A stretch of DNA of 64,000 nucleotides from Eledone cirrhosa (taxonomy: Eukaryota), in contig OZ024741.1 of assembly GCA_964016885.1 (NCBI GenBank), forward strand, positions 15,934,001 through 15,998,000, in the 5' to 3' direction. Below the pieces are notes generated by a model. It had not been told where the DNA came from. It worked only from the letters and a program-made list of their open reading frames with translations, and searched no databases. Of the stretch, positions 28,416-42,991 are shown piece after piece; position 1 is the first letter of the stretch, and every line of letters begins with the position of its first letter. The position numbers were made by a program, and so were the translations under genes.

Positions 28416-29099
28416 AATCTGTATGTGTGTGTAAAATAACAACGCAATCGATGGAGTATATGGAAGGTTAACGCTTGAAATAACCGAAAGAGGGTCTTAA
28501 CGTTTCGGACGCTAGTCCTACATCAGAAAAAAAGAATGAGAAAAGATTGAAGGGTGGAATTGGTAGAAATGTCGTTAGATAAAAAATAACAGGTCCATAC
28601 ATGTTGACATCCCATGTTGTATTTATCCGTGATAAATACATGAGGTCTGTTGTTCATTGTCTTTGTGCCAGACATTTGCCCCAATTCTCTGCTAACAACA
28701 GTTACAAAAAGTGTGGATGGTTCTACACAAGCCTTCACCACTTAAAACAAATCATCCATGTCGATATTCTAAGAACATCAGTTTAGCTCCACACAGCTTC
28801 ACCTCTGGTGTGAGAGTGAAAGTAACGGAGATAGGTAACGGATATTACTGGAAGTCTTGAGCTTTACACAGTGATGACCACTGGGTAATGGCCGTTCTAA
28901 CAAAATGCTGGGAGAAATTGTGCTGTTTATGTCCTCCAGTGGTTACAAAGTAGGTCTACTTCAGTACAATACTCTTCCAAGCAGAGGGAGCGATAAAAGG
29001 GGCCCTAAACATTGTTTGCTCACATTTCTAACTTGGCAGCCATCTGCAGCTGACTGGTTATCCAGTACATATAGTAAGCATATGAAATAATTTAAAATT

Positions 29100-30570
29100 A
29101 ACAAACTACATCATGGTTCTTGACATGTAGACACACTCCAAGACAGTGACTCTGTATCAGAACACAAGACGGCATTGGGTCACCCTTGTACTACAGAAAT
29201 ATAACATTGACATAGCTGCATTCTGTGAAACACGTCAATTAGAGGAAGTGAAAGGTGGGTGTATGAATTTCTTGTCACGGAAAAGTAAGAATGAGCCACG
29301 CCAGTTAGGTGTTGGCTTTGCTATAAGATCAGAAATTGCCAGATCTTTTTCTACTCTGCCCTTAAGTTTATCAAACCACATCCTGACACTGACATCTGAC
29401 CTAAAACATAATACTAGTAGTGCTACATTAGTCTGTTGCTATATTCCAACCATGGCCAATTCTGAGCAGGAAAAACCCAACTTCTATGAGCAACTCCACA
29501 ATGTCATCTCTAACATTGAACATAAGAGTAAACTCATTCTTATGGGGGACTTCAATGTTCGAGTAGATACTGACCATTAGCCCTGGCAGGGAGTGATAGG
29601 TTATAGTGGGATAGGTCGAATGAACTTAAATGGTTTCCGCTTTCTTTCCATCTCTAAAGAATTCAATCTAACCATCCCCAGCACTATTTTTCAGCAACTA
29701 CCGCCACACATCCCGGCAGTACCGCCACACATACTGGCAGCATCCTCGATCCAATGATTGGCACCTCATAGATTTTGTTGTCACAAAGAAACAGGATTTG
29801 TGGGATGTTAACAACACACACTCTTTCCACAGCACCTGCTGTCTTTTGGATCATGCTTTGCTTCGTAGTAAGGCTTCATTCCGTTTTGCTCACAGGAGAC
29901 TCCAGAGGTCATTTGTGCCTTGGCGCATTAACACTTAACCTTTGAAAACCCATGAGAAACAAACTGAGCTCTGCAACAAACTGGACACAGCTCTCGACTC
30001 TGTTGAGAACACTGAGGACATTGAATCATCTTAGAAGGCTCTCCGGGAAGATACACATGCTGCATCCTTAAATGGTCTCAAACTACCTGTTTGGAAGCAC
30101 CCGGATTGGTTTGGTGATAACAACATCAAGGTCCGGCTGTTCCAATAAATGCACAGCTCCCACAAAGTGTGAATAAAGGATAAGAACTCATCAATCAAAT
30201 AGCTGACATACAAAAAGGTGCAAGATTAGGGTTCTATGTGTCCCCAGGAAAATGAAAGAGGCTTGGTGGTCTGCAAAGGCTACTGAACTGCAACAAGCTA
30301 CAGATTGGAAGGGTATCTCGCTGGTTCTCTCATTTGATGAGCAGACACAGCTAACAGGTAAGTCAGACGTCTTGAAAAGGTGGAAAGAGCACTTTGAAAC
30401 TGTATTGAACTCTACCCCTGTCATTGGTGATGACGTCATACCGAACATTCCCCAACATCCTGAAATATCTGAAATTCCTGCTGAACTAAGACTTGACGGA
30501 CTCCATCAAGCAACTTTTCTGCGGTAAATCACCTGACAAGGGTGCTAATCCACCAGAGAGTTATAAGTAC
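29100..30570 (+). pseudogene. Degraded RTE-clade (BovB-like) LINE: APE endonuclease and linker region
   Basis: Motifs YNIDIAAFCETR, GVGFAIRSEI, LILMGDFNVRV, WQHPRS..WHLIDFVV, DHALLR, WWSAKATELQQA and KRWKEHFETVLN. Many stops and frameshifts; the RT domain is missing. Confidence 0.85.
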
Positions 30571-30759
30571 AGTAGACAAATATTTCATAGACTGACTATG
30601 AAGGAGTGATGCTAGAGCTGTGAAAGTTTGCATGCACTAACTTCAACTCTTCTTATTAATAACTGCATTGTTTCTTTCCAGGGACTATGTTGAAAGCTAA
30701 ACCTTTTTTGGTACTTCCTTTGAGTTTCTTGGTCACCCTATTAACCTTCAGTCGATACC

Positions 30760-30846
<87 letters not shown>

Positions 30847-31011
30847 AATTAGTATATCTATCAACATATATATACAGATGCATACCTATGCTAGCAAATA
30901 TACAGGTTGTGTCTTAGTAACTTTGTGGTTCAATGCAAGGGGATGCAGAACAATAATATGAAAGATGTAAAATAAGAAAATTATAAAAATTAACTTACTT
31001 ACTAAAATTTC

Positions 31012-31097
31012 ACTCCAACTAATTAGTTTCTGAAAGGGAATAAACATGGTTTCCGAATGGAACAACATGGAGAAAATCCTTTCGTCATCAGGGAAGT
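31012..31097 (-). ncRNA. Type I hammerhead ribozyme
   Basis: ttcc-CTGATGA-c-gaaagg...cctttc-a-GAAA-ctaattag-TT-ggag; stem II covaries with the 26276 copy. Confidence 0.75.
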
Positions 31098-31580
31098 CTA
31101 TTCTCAGCTAAGTTCCCAGGCAATGCGTGGACACAGCGAACTTATACAAAAATAATTCAGTGGATGGAAAAAAGCAAAGCGTGGACTAAGTTCGAAGACA
31201 TTGAAAAAATCACTGCCTACTTGGTCGGTGGCAAATTCAAAAGAATCAATCACGTGACATCGAGGTTAATCAGTGAGGAGTGGTGTGTTAATAAGACAGC
31301 AGCCGAACTATTACTATGAACTAAAGCAGCAGTTTTGGCAAATTTTTGCTCAACAAATAATTTGGAGATAATTGCTAGCATAGGTATGCATCTGTATATA
31401 TATGTTGGTAGATATACTAATTCTTTATAATTATCTCCAAATTATTTGTTGTGCAAAAATTTGCCAAAACTGCTGCTATAGTTGGAACTTAGTCCACGCT
31501 TTGCTTTTTTCCATCCACTGAATTATTTTTGTATAAGTTCGCTGTGTCCACGCATTGCCTGGGAACTTAGCTGAGAATAG

Positions 31581-31666
31581 ACTTCCCTGATGACGAAAGG
31601 ATTTTCTCCATGTTGTTCCATTCGGAAACCATGTTTATTCCCTTTCAGAAACTAATTAGTTGGAGT
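31581..31666 (+). ncRNA. Type I hammerhead ribozyme (inverted partner of 31012)
   Basis: The same motif on the plus strand within an inverted arm. Confidence 0.75.
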
Positions 31667-31714
31667 GAAATTTTAATAAGTAAGTTAATTTTTATAATTT
31701 TCTTATTTTACGTC

Positions 31715-31821
<107 letters not shown>

Positions 31822-31979
31822 TATGTATGTATACGTACATACATATATGTATACAGACGTACAGTAGCATGCATATATATATATATACACATACAGGTAC
31901 ACATACATATATGTACGTATCAAAGCGGGCGTTATAATAAGCGTCCGCTAAACTGATACGTACATATATGTATGTGTAC

Positions 31980-32020
<41 letters not shown>

Positions 32021-32134
32021 TGCTACTGTACGTCTGTATACATATATGTATGTACGTATACATACATACTTACATTTAAGTAAGTGCCGTACTAAGAGTG
32101 AGAAATGAAATTTCGTTTTCATTTTATTACAACT

Positions 32135-32236
<102 letters not shown>

Positions 32237-32466
32237 GAGAGAGAGAATTGGATGAAACAATTGTAAGTGAATAAATGGTTTGAACAGAACTTTGATTCAT
32301 GTGATTTCTATATAACTGCTCTCTAGAACAACTGGTGTTATTACATTGAGCTATTTATCTTACTGGTAATAAGGTAGTAATAAATTACTGTCTTTCACTG
32401 TTTAGGGTTTAAAATATACATAACTATAAAAAGTTTTAATATATACATAACCATAAATAGTATCCC

Positions 32467-32582
<116 letters not shown>

Positions 32583-32589
32583 CATATTT

Positions 32590-32640
<51 letters not shown>

Positions 32641-33093
32641 TGTATGTATGCATATAAGGGTGTATGTGTGTATATATATGTGTATGTGTGTGTGTGTGTG
32701 TGTGTGTTATTCTCTTTTATTCTTTTACGGGCTTCAGTCATTTGACTGCAGCCATGCCACGACGCCGCCTTGAAAGGATTTAGTCGACCATGTTTCTTTC
32801 ATTCACTCATCGTCATCATCGTCCTCACCATCATCATCACCAACACCACCAGCATCATCGTCCTCACCAACATCATCATCATCATCATCATCACCAACAC
32901 CAGCATCATCCTCATTATCATCATCATCATGACTATCAGTCACAACATCCACAAACGCTCTCATCATTAACATCATAATCATCACCACTTATTGTTATTA
33001 ATCCTTCTTTGCTATCTCTCCCTCCAACCTTTTCTCTGTCCTCACATTACCCCACACACCCTGTCAACCAACTGTCACTATATCCCTGCCACT

Positions 33094-33148
<55 letters not shown>

Positions 33149-33737
33149 ACTCATACACACACTCACACTCACACACTGACACACACATACATACGGGCCC
33201 TACTTACACTAACCCTAATCACCCAACCACATCGAATAAAAAAGACACACACTCATACTCTATTAGGGTTCCACCGTTTCCCCGCCCTCACTTAATTTCA
33301 GTTTGTTAAAACCATTGAAGACCCCGGTTAACCAACAGACGGTTACACGACCACCACCACCACCGCCATATTACACAACACCGCCAGAATCACCAACACT
33401 ACATCAACACCACCACATTACACTACACCACTAGAACGAAAATCACCATCACTATATTACACTACACAATAAACACCACCACCACCGCAATTACTATTAT
33501 ATTACACGCCACCACCACATCTATTGCTGTTGTCACTTCACTGACACAGTGCTGCCACATGCGGGCTCGTGGTGCCACGGTGGAGTGGAGCGTGGCACAC
33601 GTTTGATCCCCGTGTCACTTGGTTAAACACTTCTTTATAGAAATGAATGGATCTAAAGGTCGATAGGTCCATTGTTCGAGAACAATTGGTGAGTGAAAGG
33701 GTGAGTGAAGAGAAAGTGGGAGAGCGGGAGAGGGGGG

Positions 33738-33815
<78 letters not shown>

Positions 33816-33887
33816 AACTCAGAAAGAAAAAAACAGGTGAAGCAGAAAATATGACATTGAGAAAGTTATTGTGAAGGGTGAAGAAGG

Positions 33888-33964
<77 letters not shown>

Positions 33965-33994
33965 TATGTATGTATGAATATATATATGTATGTA

Positions 33995-34087
<93 letters not shown>

Positions 34088-34315
34088 GTATATATATATA
34101 GTAATAATAATAAATTTGAAGACTAAAATGTATATATATATATACCAAAGGAATTGTGGTAAGGAACCAGATGGACCATAACGCACCAGAGTACTCAATA
34201 CTTAGGGTAGTAGAGTGGGAAATAGGAAAAAGTATGACCCGACGGCAGAGATCAAGCCGTTTCGATGGCTATTTCTGGACTCAGTCCAGAAATAGCCGTC
34301 GGGGTCCTACTTTTT

Positions 34316-34354
<39 letters not shown>

Positions 34355-35192
34355 ATACTTGGGGAGGGTCATATTGTTGTAATAATATTGCCAGAAATAA
34401 TAACAGAACACACTCACTGTTTGGTTGGTTTTCGCTTCTGCATCTTTTATATCTCCACAGTCAATTCATTCGGCCATCAATGTTTATCATTGACTGACCA
34501 ACGGTCAAAAATACAGTCGCAAAACAAATTCATCGCCGTCATATATATATAGAGATATATATATATAATATATATATATATATGTGTGTATACACACACA
34601 CACACATATATATATATAAATATATATAAATATATCTATATATATAAATATATCTATATATATAAATGGCTGCAACTCGATTTCGAGTAAAGCTATCGCT
34701 TGTTACTTAAACATGAGCATCACGGATGGGGGACTTGCCTATGGCCGGCAATACGATGCATCGTAAATGTCATATGAAGCGATGCCTGTGCTTGAAGCTT
34801 TTGTAAGTGAGGAAAGGTTTTGTACGCGGCCAATCCCACTCTCTAACATCAAATGCATTTACCCCAAATGAAGAATTGGTCTACATCATTGAAGTCGCAG
34901 GTTTTATATCAGAGTGACCTTCTCCTAAGGAGATGTCTTAATGAAGAATGGGAGTCTCTCGCTAAAAATAAAAAAAATATTGGACCACCGTTGACTCCGC
35001 TAAGTTCCTCCGCCCTTTGACGGATTTTGGTTTTCTTCCCGCAGGGTATCCAAAATCACCCTCCTCACCAAGTAAGCTTGATAGGGTTGCCGGTTTAGTC
35101 TGCGACGACCCGACCATGCACAGGTTGTACTGGGTACATGGTACCAGTAGCGCTGAAGAGCGACCTGACATATATATACACATACTTATATG

Positions 35193-35241
<49 letters not shown>

Positions 35242-35437
35242 AAATTTAATACTATAGCGAAGATATAACACAGAGAAATGTCCTAGCGTGTCTCCATGTT
35301 ACATCTTCATTTTAATATTGAATTTAATAATACATTAAAACTCGTCCTGGGATAAATTTTCCAAATTCATTATTATATATATATATAGAATGTATATATA
35401 GAATGTATATATAGAATTATATATATATATATATATA

Positions 35438-35645
35438 TGTGGAGGAGTGGTTAGAGAATTGGATTCACAATCGTAAGGTTGTGAGTTCGATTCCTGGACG
35501 AGGCGATGCGTTATGTCCTTGAGCAAGACACTTTATTTCACGTTGCTCCTTCTACCTGGAGTTGCGACCGATAGATAGTATTAGCAATTGGAAAGACCAA
35601 CGGAAACATTGTTCCCTCGGTCCGATTTGACGAAAGTCGATCGTT
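35438..35645 (+). mobile_element. CORE-type tRNA SINE (OR2-like)
   Basis: Box B GAGTTCGATTCC and 'tgtccttgagcaagacactttatttc'; matches the 1156 copy. Confidence 0.78.
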
Positions 35646-35665
35646 CCTTATATATATATATAAAT

Positions 35666-38229
35666 AGAATGGAGGCCCAGCAACAGGGAGAAAAATCTGC
35701 AAATGGCTTGCGTAAGCTCATGCTGCGCTCGCGTAATGGAGAGATTGCATGCTTTCCAACAGACAAGTCTGGCAGAATGCCGGTTGACAGTCTGTCGAAC
35801 TATATCCAGGCAATGCAACCCCACATCACTAACACAAGAGAAGTAACACCACAAGAGCATGAGGATAGGGAAAAAAAACCTCAATGCCCATATGATGATG
35901 TGGACAAATATAATGCAGCCCAACAAAAGGACTGCCAACAACTTCCAGGCCTGGAACAATGACGTGCCAGCGTTGTATGGGCTTCGAAAAGACCATAAAA
36001 CGAACAGTGACCCTTTCACAGGACCACTAACACGGCCAGTCTGTGGAGCTAACATTGCTAGTAACTACAGACTTTCCTACTTCCTCTCCCTGATCATACG
36101 CCCCATCATTGAAATGTCCCCAGATATATGTGACAGCACGAGGACCTCCTCAGCAGAATCGGCGAGAGTAACCGATCTAGAGACCTAACAAACTGCATAA
36201 TAGGTAGTATGGATGTTGTGTCCCTGTATCCATCTATTGACATGGATTTTGCTGTGGAGAAATGCGTAGAAATGATCAGTGAGAGCAATGTTGAGTTCCG
36301 TGGGATTGATACCAGTGAGCTGGGACTCCTACTTAAACTTACCTATAGTAATGATTATCTAGACAAATATGACCTTAGCAACCTGTGCCCTACAAGACCA
36401 GCAAGAGACAGACCACCTACCATTACCTCAATGACCAAGAAAACCCACACAGATAGATGGAACGGGTGGACCAGAGCCATACGGACCCCGAAAACCACGA
36501 TGAACTAAAGAAAATGATTGCACATGCGGTGTGGGCCAGTATAAAATTAACCCTTAAGGAACATATGTTCAAATTTAATGGAAAAACATATGCCCAAGAG
36601 GAGGGGGCAGCCATTGGTGTTAGCATTGCAGGTAACATAGCTAACCTATTCATGGTATGGTGGGACAATAGACTTAAACTTAAACTTAAAGAACAATTAG
36701 AAGACAGCAACCTCTTAACACTGATAATGTACTCCCGCTACGTTGATGATATAAACATCGTAGTAAAAACACCCCCACTAGAGAACAGTCAGGAATTAGA
36801 GAAAAACACCATGGAAAGCATCCAGCAAATAGCTAACTCCATCCACCAGAGTATTAGAATTACTATAGACTACCCAAGCAGACACCCAACCATCGATTAC
36901 CTGTACTAGACACAGAGCTCTGGTTAGATACCATTAATAACAAAAAACAAATCCTCCATTCCCATTATGCCAAACCCTTGACTTCCAAATATCTGATCCA
37001 CCGAAACTCAGCTGTTTCGGACCATACCAAAATCAACATACTGATTGCGGATTTGGTACGGGTGATGAGAAACGTGTCCCGCATGTGCAACCCCAAAGAA
37101 GTAGAGAGACACATACAACACTTCATCCACCGTATGTAGTTCTCTGGTTACAATCAGAGAGATAAAATCAGTGTATATAGAGGAACCAGAACGAAATGGG
37201 AAAAAAATGGGAAATAATGATACAAATGGGACCTGCCCCTTGTATATGAGCAAATTTTGGAATAGAATAGAAAGAACTAGGAACAAGGCTAATAGAATAA
37301 ACTCATGGTATGATAGCAATAAATACCAGAGTGTAATGTTCATCGATACAACCCCTAGAGGTGAATTAGCTTACAAATTTAGAAGGGCCCTAGATAAACA
37401 TAAACTCAATATTAAGATAGTAGAAAGACCAGGTACCTCCATAAAAACACTTATTAGCAATACATACCCTTTTCAAAGACCTCCTTGTATAGATAAGAAA
37501 TGTATAATCTGTAAACTAAGACCCCATATTAACTGTAAAACTAGAAATGTAGTATATACCATAAGATGTACTGAAGGACAATGTAGAGATAAGAATATAG
37601 TGTACATAGGTGAGACAGCTCGTAGTATAGAGGAACGGATAAATGAACACTGGCGAGAGCTTCAAGATAGTAAAGAATCATATATACTCTACCAACATGC
37701 TAAAATAGAACATAAGGGTAAATTAGAGAACATAGAATAAAAATAGAATCTACACACAGAAAAGACAAATCACAGGCAATAAACATAAATGAACTCCAAC
37801 CAAAATTAAATAGAAAACATGAATGGAATAGCAACATCACAACTTACAATTAAGGACAAAATGAAAACACACACACACATAGAACAAACAACCAACCAGT
37901 AACATGTAAATAAACAAATAAATAAACAAATATAAACACACACAGACACCCGGATGTAACACATGCGCAAACTAAGCACACAACAAAAACAAGATGGCGT
38001 AGGACAGAACAAAGGAGAGGCACAAAAACAAAGAAAAGAATCCCCAGTCACTGAAGAGGTCACAGAATGTGTGACAAAAGAACTTTGACAATATATGAAC
38101 AATCGTCTGGTTGTGGAACCAACCGGAAATTTATAAATTCCTAAATTTATAAATTTAATTTATAATAAATTGAAGTGAAAGCAACTGGTGCGTGTGTTTC
38201 TTATTGGCAACATGACCTTCCCAAAGCAT

Positions 38230-38234
<5 letters not shown>
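35666..38234 (+). mobile_element. Penelope-like retroelement, 5'-truncated and frameshifted (RT + C-terminal GIY-YIG)
   Basis: RT motifs PALYGLRKDHK, RPVCGAN, SMDVVSLYPSI, YAQEEGAAIG and YSRYVDDI; CxxxxCxxC linker; GIY-YIG NVVYTIRC...YIGETARSIEERINEH. Decayed HHR at 38047-38089; both ends in (TA)n. Confidence 0.92.
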
Positions 38235-38292
<58 letters not shown>

Positions 38293-38444
38293 AACACCGG
38301 GAGGCTAATGCCCTCTGGTGATGTCCAGCGTAAGCAGGGTTGTCCCCCTTGCTTCTGCTGGACATCACCAGAGGGCGTTAGCTTCTCGGTGCTTGCATAG
38401 CTACGGCTTCCTAAAACCGTATTTCTTTGGAGATACGAAATATC

Positions 38445-38509
<65 letters not shown>

Positions 38510-38631
38510 ATAATAAATTTGAAGACTAAAATCCAAAGAATTGGAACAATTTGTTTCAGAAGATATCCCGTTAAGGGTGAAAGCAGCGATTCTTTGCTTA
38601 AACTTTAATCTATTATTTAAATAAATAATTA

Positions 38632-38690
<59 letters not shown>

Positions 38691-38693
<3 letters not shown>

Positions 38694-39529
38694 TACAGTT
38701 TGTCCATATCGATTTAAAATAATAAATCAACGAAGACGAACTGTATTGCCAAGAGGCTACACTTATTTAACTCGAAACGTATTTGGATCTTAAAGTTTAA
38801 ACTTATCTACGGAACAGGTTTGATTTTGAAATTTAAATGTGTCTAAACATCACAGCCTCTTGGCAATACAGTTCGTCTTCGTTGATTTATTATTTTAAAT
38901 CGATATGGACAAACTGTAGTATAATAATTAGTATACTTCAATCTGGCTAAATTTTTCTTTTGCAATATATATACAGATGTGTTGGTATCTGTGTTTCATC
39001 ACATACATATTAATTTATACACTGCTCAGGGGGTATTTTCCTCCTTCGAGCTGATTCCATTGTAAAAGAATTCATTACCTTATTAATTTTAACTGCTCCT
39101 AGTTTGAGCTGCAAGCCGCCTCATATATACGACTGTTATTTCTAGCAGTACGGTTATGAGACTAGTTAGATACTGTAAAACCATGTGCGTCACGCAGTCT
39201 TTTAAATTATTTAGAAGTGAAGCATATCAATTTGTTCCTGGATGTTTACTGAGGAGAGCAGGACATGATATTCCTACACTTATTTAACTCGAAACATATT
39301 TGGATCTTAAAGTTTAAACTTATCTACGGAACAGGTTTGATTTTGAAATTTAAATGTGTCTAAACATCACAGCCTCTTGGCAATACAGTTCGTCTTCGTT
39401 GATTTATTATTTTAAATCGATATGGACAAACTGTAGTATAATAATTAGTATACTTCAATCTGGCTAAATTTTTCTTTTGCAATATATATACAGATGTGTT
39501 GGTATCTGTGTTTCATCACATACATATTA

Positions 39530-39534
<5 letters not shown>
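38691..39534 (+). mobile_element. Retrozyme-like non-coding element with a 517-bp direct-repeat period and an inverted 5' arm
   Basis: 38757-39017 is repeated at 39274-39534; 38691-38758 is the reverse complement of 38855-38922; HHR at 39244. Confidence 0.7.
39244..39319 (+). ncRNA. Type I hammerhead ribozyme
   Basis: gttta-CTGAGGA-gag...ctc-GAAAC-atatttggatcttaaa-GTT-taaac. Confidence 0.7.
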
Positions 39535-39573
<39 letters not shown>

Positions 39574-39613
39574 ATATTAAATAAATGGAAACTATATTTA
39601 TAAAACCATATTT

Positions 39614-39675
39614 ATTTTATTATATATATTTCAAGGGTACCAAAAACACTTTGGTACGCTTTCTTCAGATAAAAT
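39614..39675 (-). ncRNA. Type I hammerhead ribozyme in the PLE 3' pLTR
   Basis: attttat-CTGAAGA-aagcgtaccaaa-gtgt-ttttggtaccctt-GAAA-tatata-TA-ataaaat; 7 bp stem I. Confidence 0.85.
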
Positions 39676-40740
39676 ACAAAGTTTGTTTTATACCCAGGAA
39701 ATCATACCTTATCAGTTGGATATTCTCTGGATAGTGAAAATGTATTATGGATTTTTCAAACTTATGGTTGAATATGCAAATGAATATGTAAATAATTGAA
39801 AAGCAACCGTTTATTTAAACGACTATGGAGAATTTATATATATAATATATGATAGTGAGAGAGAGAAGAGAGAAGAGAAGAAGGACAAAAATAGTGAGAG
39901 AGAGAGAGAGAAGAAGGAAAAAAGCGAAGATGAATGAAAAGCTCATATAACGTTAATTTGAGGGAAATATATTCGAAAAATGATCTATGTATATATGTAA
40001 GTATATATTTTAGTATGTGTATTTATATTAAAAGGATATTTTACGATTATTAGTTGTTTAAAATTTATTTATAATATAATATGAGTTACGAGGGATGTTT
40101 TTCTTCTGTTTTAAGTAGATAAATAAATAAATAAATATATAAATGGGTATATCATGTTATAGATAATTGTTCTAATGAGTTATGAGGGATATTGGTTTTG
40201 TACTTTATGTAAATAAATATGTATTTAAAATTGAGAATGATTTAAAATTAAATTAAATTAAATTAAATTAACTGAGTTAAGTAATAATATTTATATTTAT
40301 ATGATTGAAAAGGGAAGATAAGGAAAAAACTCCGATTTTATTTATTTATTCGTTAGTGTGAGACTATTTAGTCAAAATAAGTATGGATGTTTAAGATACA
40401 TTTAGCCAGAATCAGTTAGTGGTTATTAATCTATTGAAAAAATATATTGAAAAAATGTTGAAAAAATATTGAAAATTTTTTTTTAATTTTTAAAAAAGTT
40501 TTGAAAAATATTTTGAGAAAATTTTAAAAAAAATTTTTTTTTAAATAATTTTTTTTATAAGAGATAAGTAATTTTTTAAAGAAATAAAAAAAATATTAAA
40601 ATTAAAATTTAAAAATTAGAATTTAAACGTATATATTATATGAAAATTTTTAAGAAATTACAGCAAATGATATTATGATTTAGAGATATCAATATATTAA
40701 AACCAAGTAGATAAGATTGTTATGGAGATTAATAGGAATA

Positions 40741-42991
40741 TTATAAGTTATATATAGTTCTGAATGTTGAATTCTGGCGATGTCTACAAGAATTAAATAA
40801 ATTCGTTCTTAGATTAATAGAGTTTTTACAGTTAAGTATATAAAAAATGTTTTCAATACACAATTTACAGAATCTAGATAAAGCTGTGTTTCGGTACGCG
40901 GATGTTTTTGAAACTGTTTTCCAAGCTAATGAATAGTCTATATTCTTGCATTTTAAGTTCCATATCAGGTTTGAAAGAGAAGTTGAAGATTTTTTATCAA
41001 ATCTTCGGAAAGAAAAATTGTGGTTATTCCAGCGAAGTTTAAATTCTGTAGAAGTGGCACCGACATAGTTAAATATATTTCCACTAGTTTTAACTGTGCA
41101 TTTATAGACCACGTTTTTATCTAAACACTTATTTTGTAAAGGACAGTTTGATTTAATTCTACAGTTATATTTTGCGGAGTTGTTGTTGCTCGGAACGGTA
41201 CTATTATGTTGTATATTGCTAGAAATATTATTATTGCTATTTTGGTTATTTGGGTTAGGGTTTAAATTTAAGTTTCTATTATTAATTCTATTTATATTTT
41301 GTGCTATGTTCATGGTAGTAGAGTAGGATAGTTTTATAGTATGTCTGTTAAAGATTGAGTGGTATCTGTGGGCTTTAGGAAAACATTTATCTAGTGCTTT
41401 AAAGAATAGCTTTGCTAAAGGTGTTTTAATGCTTAATGAGAATGGGGGTGAATACCAAATAATATTTCTAGTTCTTCTGTTAGTTTTAGAGTTTAAGTTA
41501 AATTGTTTATTATTATTATAATTAATAGTAGGGTGATTTGCCTTATTATTGTTATCAATGTATTTAATCTTATTTATATACCCTGCTCTATTTAAAGCTT
41601 CATTATAATATTCAGCCTTATCATCAAAAATGTTTTTATTAGCGGAGATGCGTGAAATCCGTTGTTGGACACAATTGACAATAGTGTTCTTGATAGATCT
41701 AGGAGGATTAGAGTTAAAACTTACGTAATTTAGATTCTCATTAATTTTATGGAATGGATAGTAGAGCCCTGTGCTAAGGTTTAATGTTACGTCTAAAAAG
41801 TTAACGATTTTAAAGTTATTCTCTATTTCTAACTTAAGGTTGTAGTTATTGAAGAATTGTATTATGGGTTTTCTTTTCCTATTAATTTCACAATTACTAT
41901 GATTTTCAATTAAAAGCAGCATATCATCACGATATAAACCACCGGTCATCTCTGGTATTTTTCTATGCAGTGTATTATTAATAAATAATCCCACAAGATC
42001 CGTTATTTGCGCCGAGTCAGATGATCCCATGGTGATATCAAAATTATTTTTTTCTATTGGTTCTTGTCCAGAGATGATTGTTGAATTCAATTAAAGTTTT
42101 CCGTGCGGTTAAAATGATATGCATTTCATTGCTAGATAGGTCTGTATGTTTAGATGCATAGATAAGAGCTTTATTAAGTAAACTAGGAGTAATAGAGGAG
42201 TAGTAGTTTGCAATATCCATTTGAATGAATTTGTTGTTATGTTTAAATTTTATGTTATTGAACCAATCTATAACTTCATTAGTACCGTTCCATAGTTTTA
42301 GGTAAGATATTTCTTTAAGTTGCGGTATGATTCTATCTAATATATGTTTACTAACTATGCCTAAGTCTGATTTAGATGGTGCTATAAGTCTGACTGGTAG
42401 TTATATTTCAAAGTTTCTTTTGTGGTCTTGCAGGTCAATTTTCGTTCTTCTAGGTATAATGGGTTCGGTCCTATTTTCGATGCCTAATTTATGAATTATT
42501 TCAGAAGCTTCTCTATTTAACAATTCAAGATCTTCATTGGTTGTTATTTTGTAGTTTTTCCTTAGTTCTTTCAATATAAGGTTATTGTATTCGTCCTTTT
42601 GCATTCCGTATAGATTGTTAATTTTATCAGATTTTACGAGGATCTTCTCAGTTTTTTCAAGATTGTCTATATTATTCTTGAGGCCTTTAAGGTATTCCTG
42701 GCCTACAAATTGTTTTTTCTTGAATTTGATGTTTTGAATAATCGATATTATTTCCTTTTCAAATTCCATTAATAGTTTGTTGTTAGGTAAATTCTTCTTG
42801 GATTTGAAGATCATATCGAAGTTGTAACTGGATTTATTTGTTTTTTCATCTGATTTTCTATCGAAATGGAAGGCACGCCATCTAAGTTTTCGTATAAAGG
42901 AGTCAGATTTCTCAATGAGTTGTTTAAGATAGTCCTTATTCTTAGGTAAAGGTACATCTTTTAGAGAGGAAGAAATCCTAAAGAATTCCAT
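40741..42991 (-). pseudogene. PLE polyprotein (RT with YRDD motif + GIY-YIG endonuclease), one in-frame stop and one frameshift
   Basis: LQDHKRNF, PVRLIAPSKSDLG, QMDIANYYSSI, FDITMGSSDSAQITDLVG, GLYRDD, NFLDVTLNL, CNCR-like linker and NVVYKC..YVGATSTEFKLRWNNH. TAA at 42401-42403; frameshift in a homopolymer near 42050. Confidence 0.9.

Noticed and set aside
30648-30762. Mariner-like terminal fragment
   Set aside because: Only a loose resemblance to one TIR, with no partner end or transposase remnant identified.
35090-35170. Possible HDV-like ribozyme on the minus strand ('ctggt...tgt-acccagt-aca...gactaa-accgg')
   Set aside because: P2 and a J4/2-like segment are present, but P1 and P1.1 could not be built with canonical lengths; it needs a covariance-model search.
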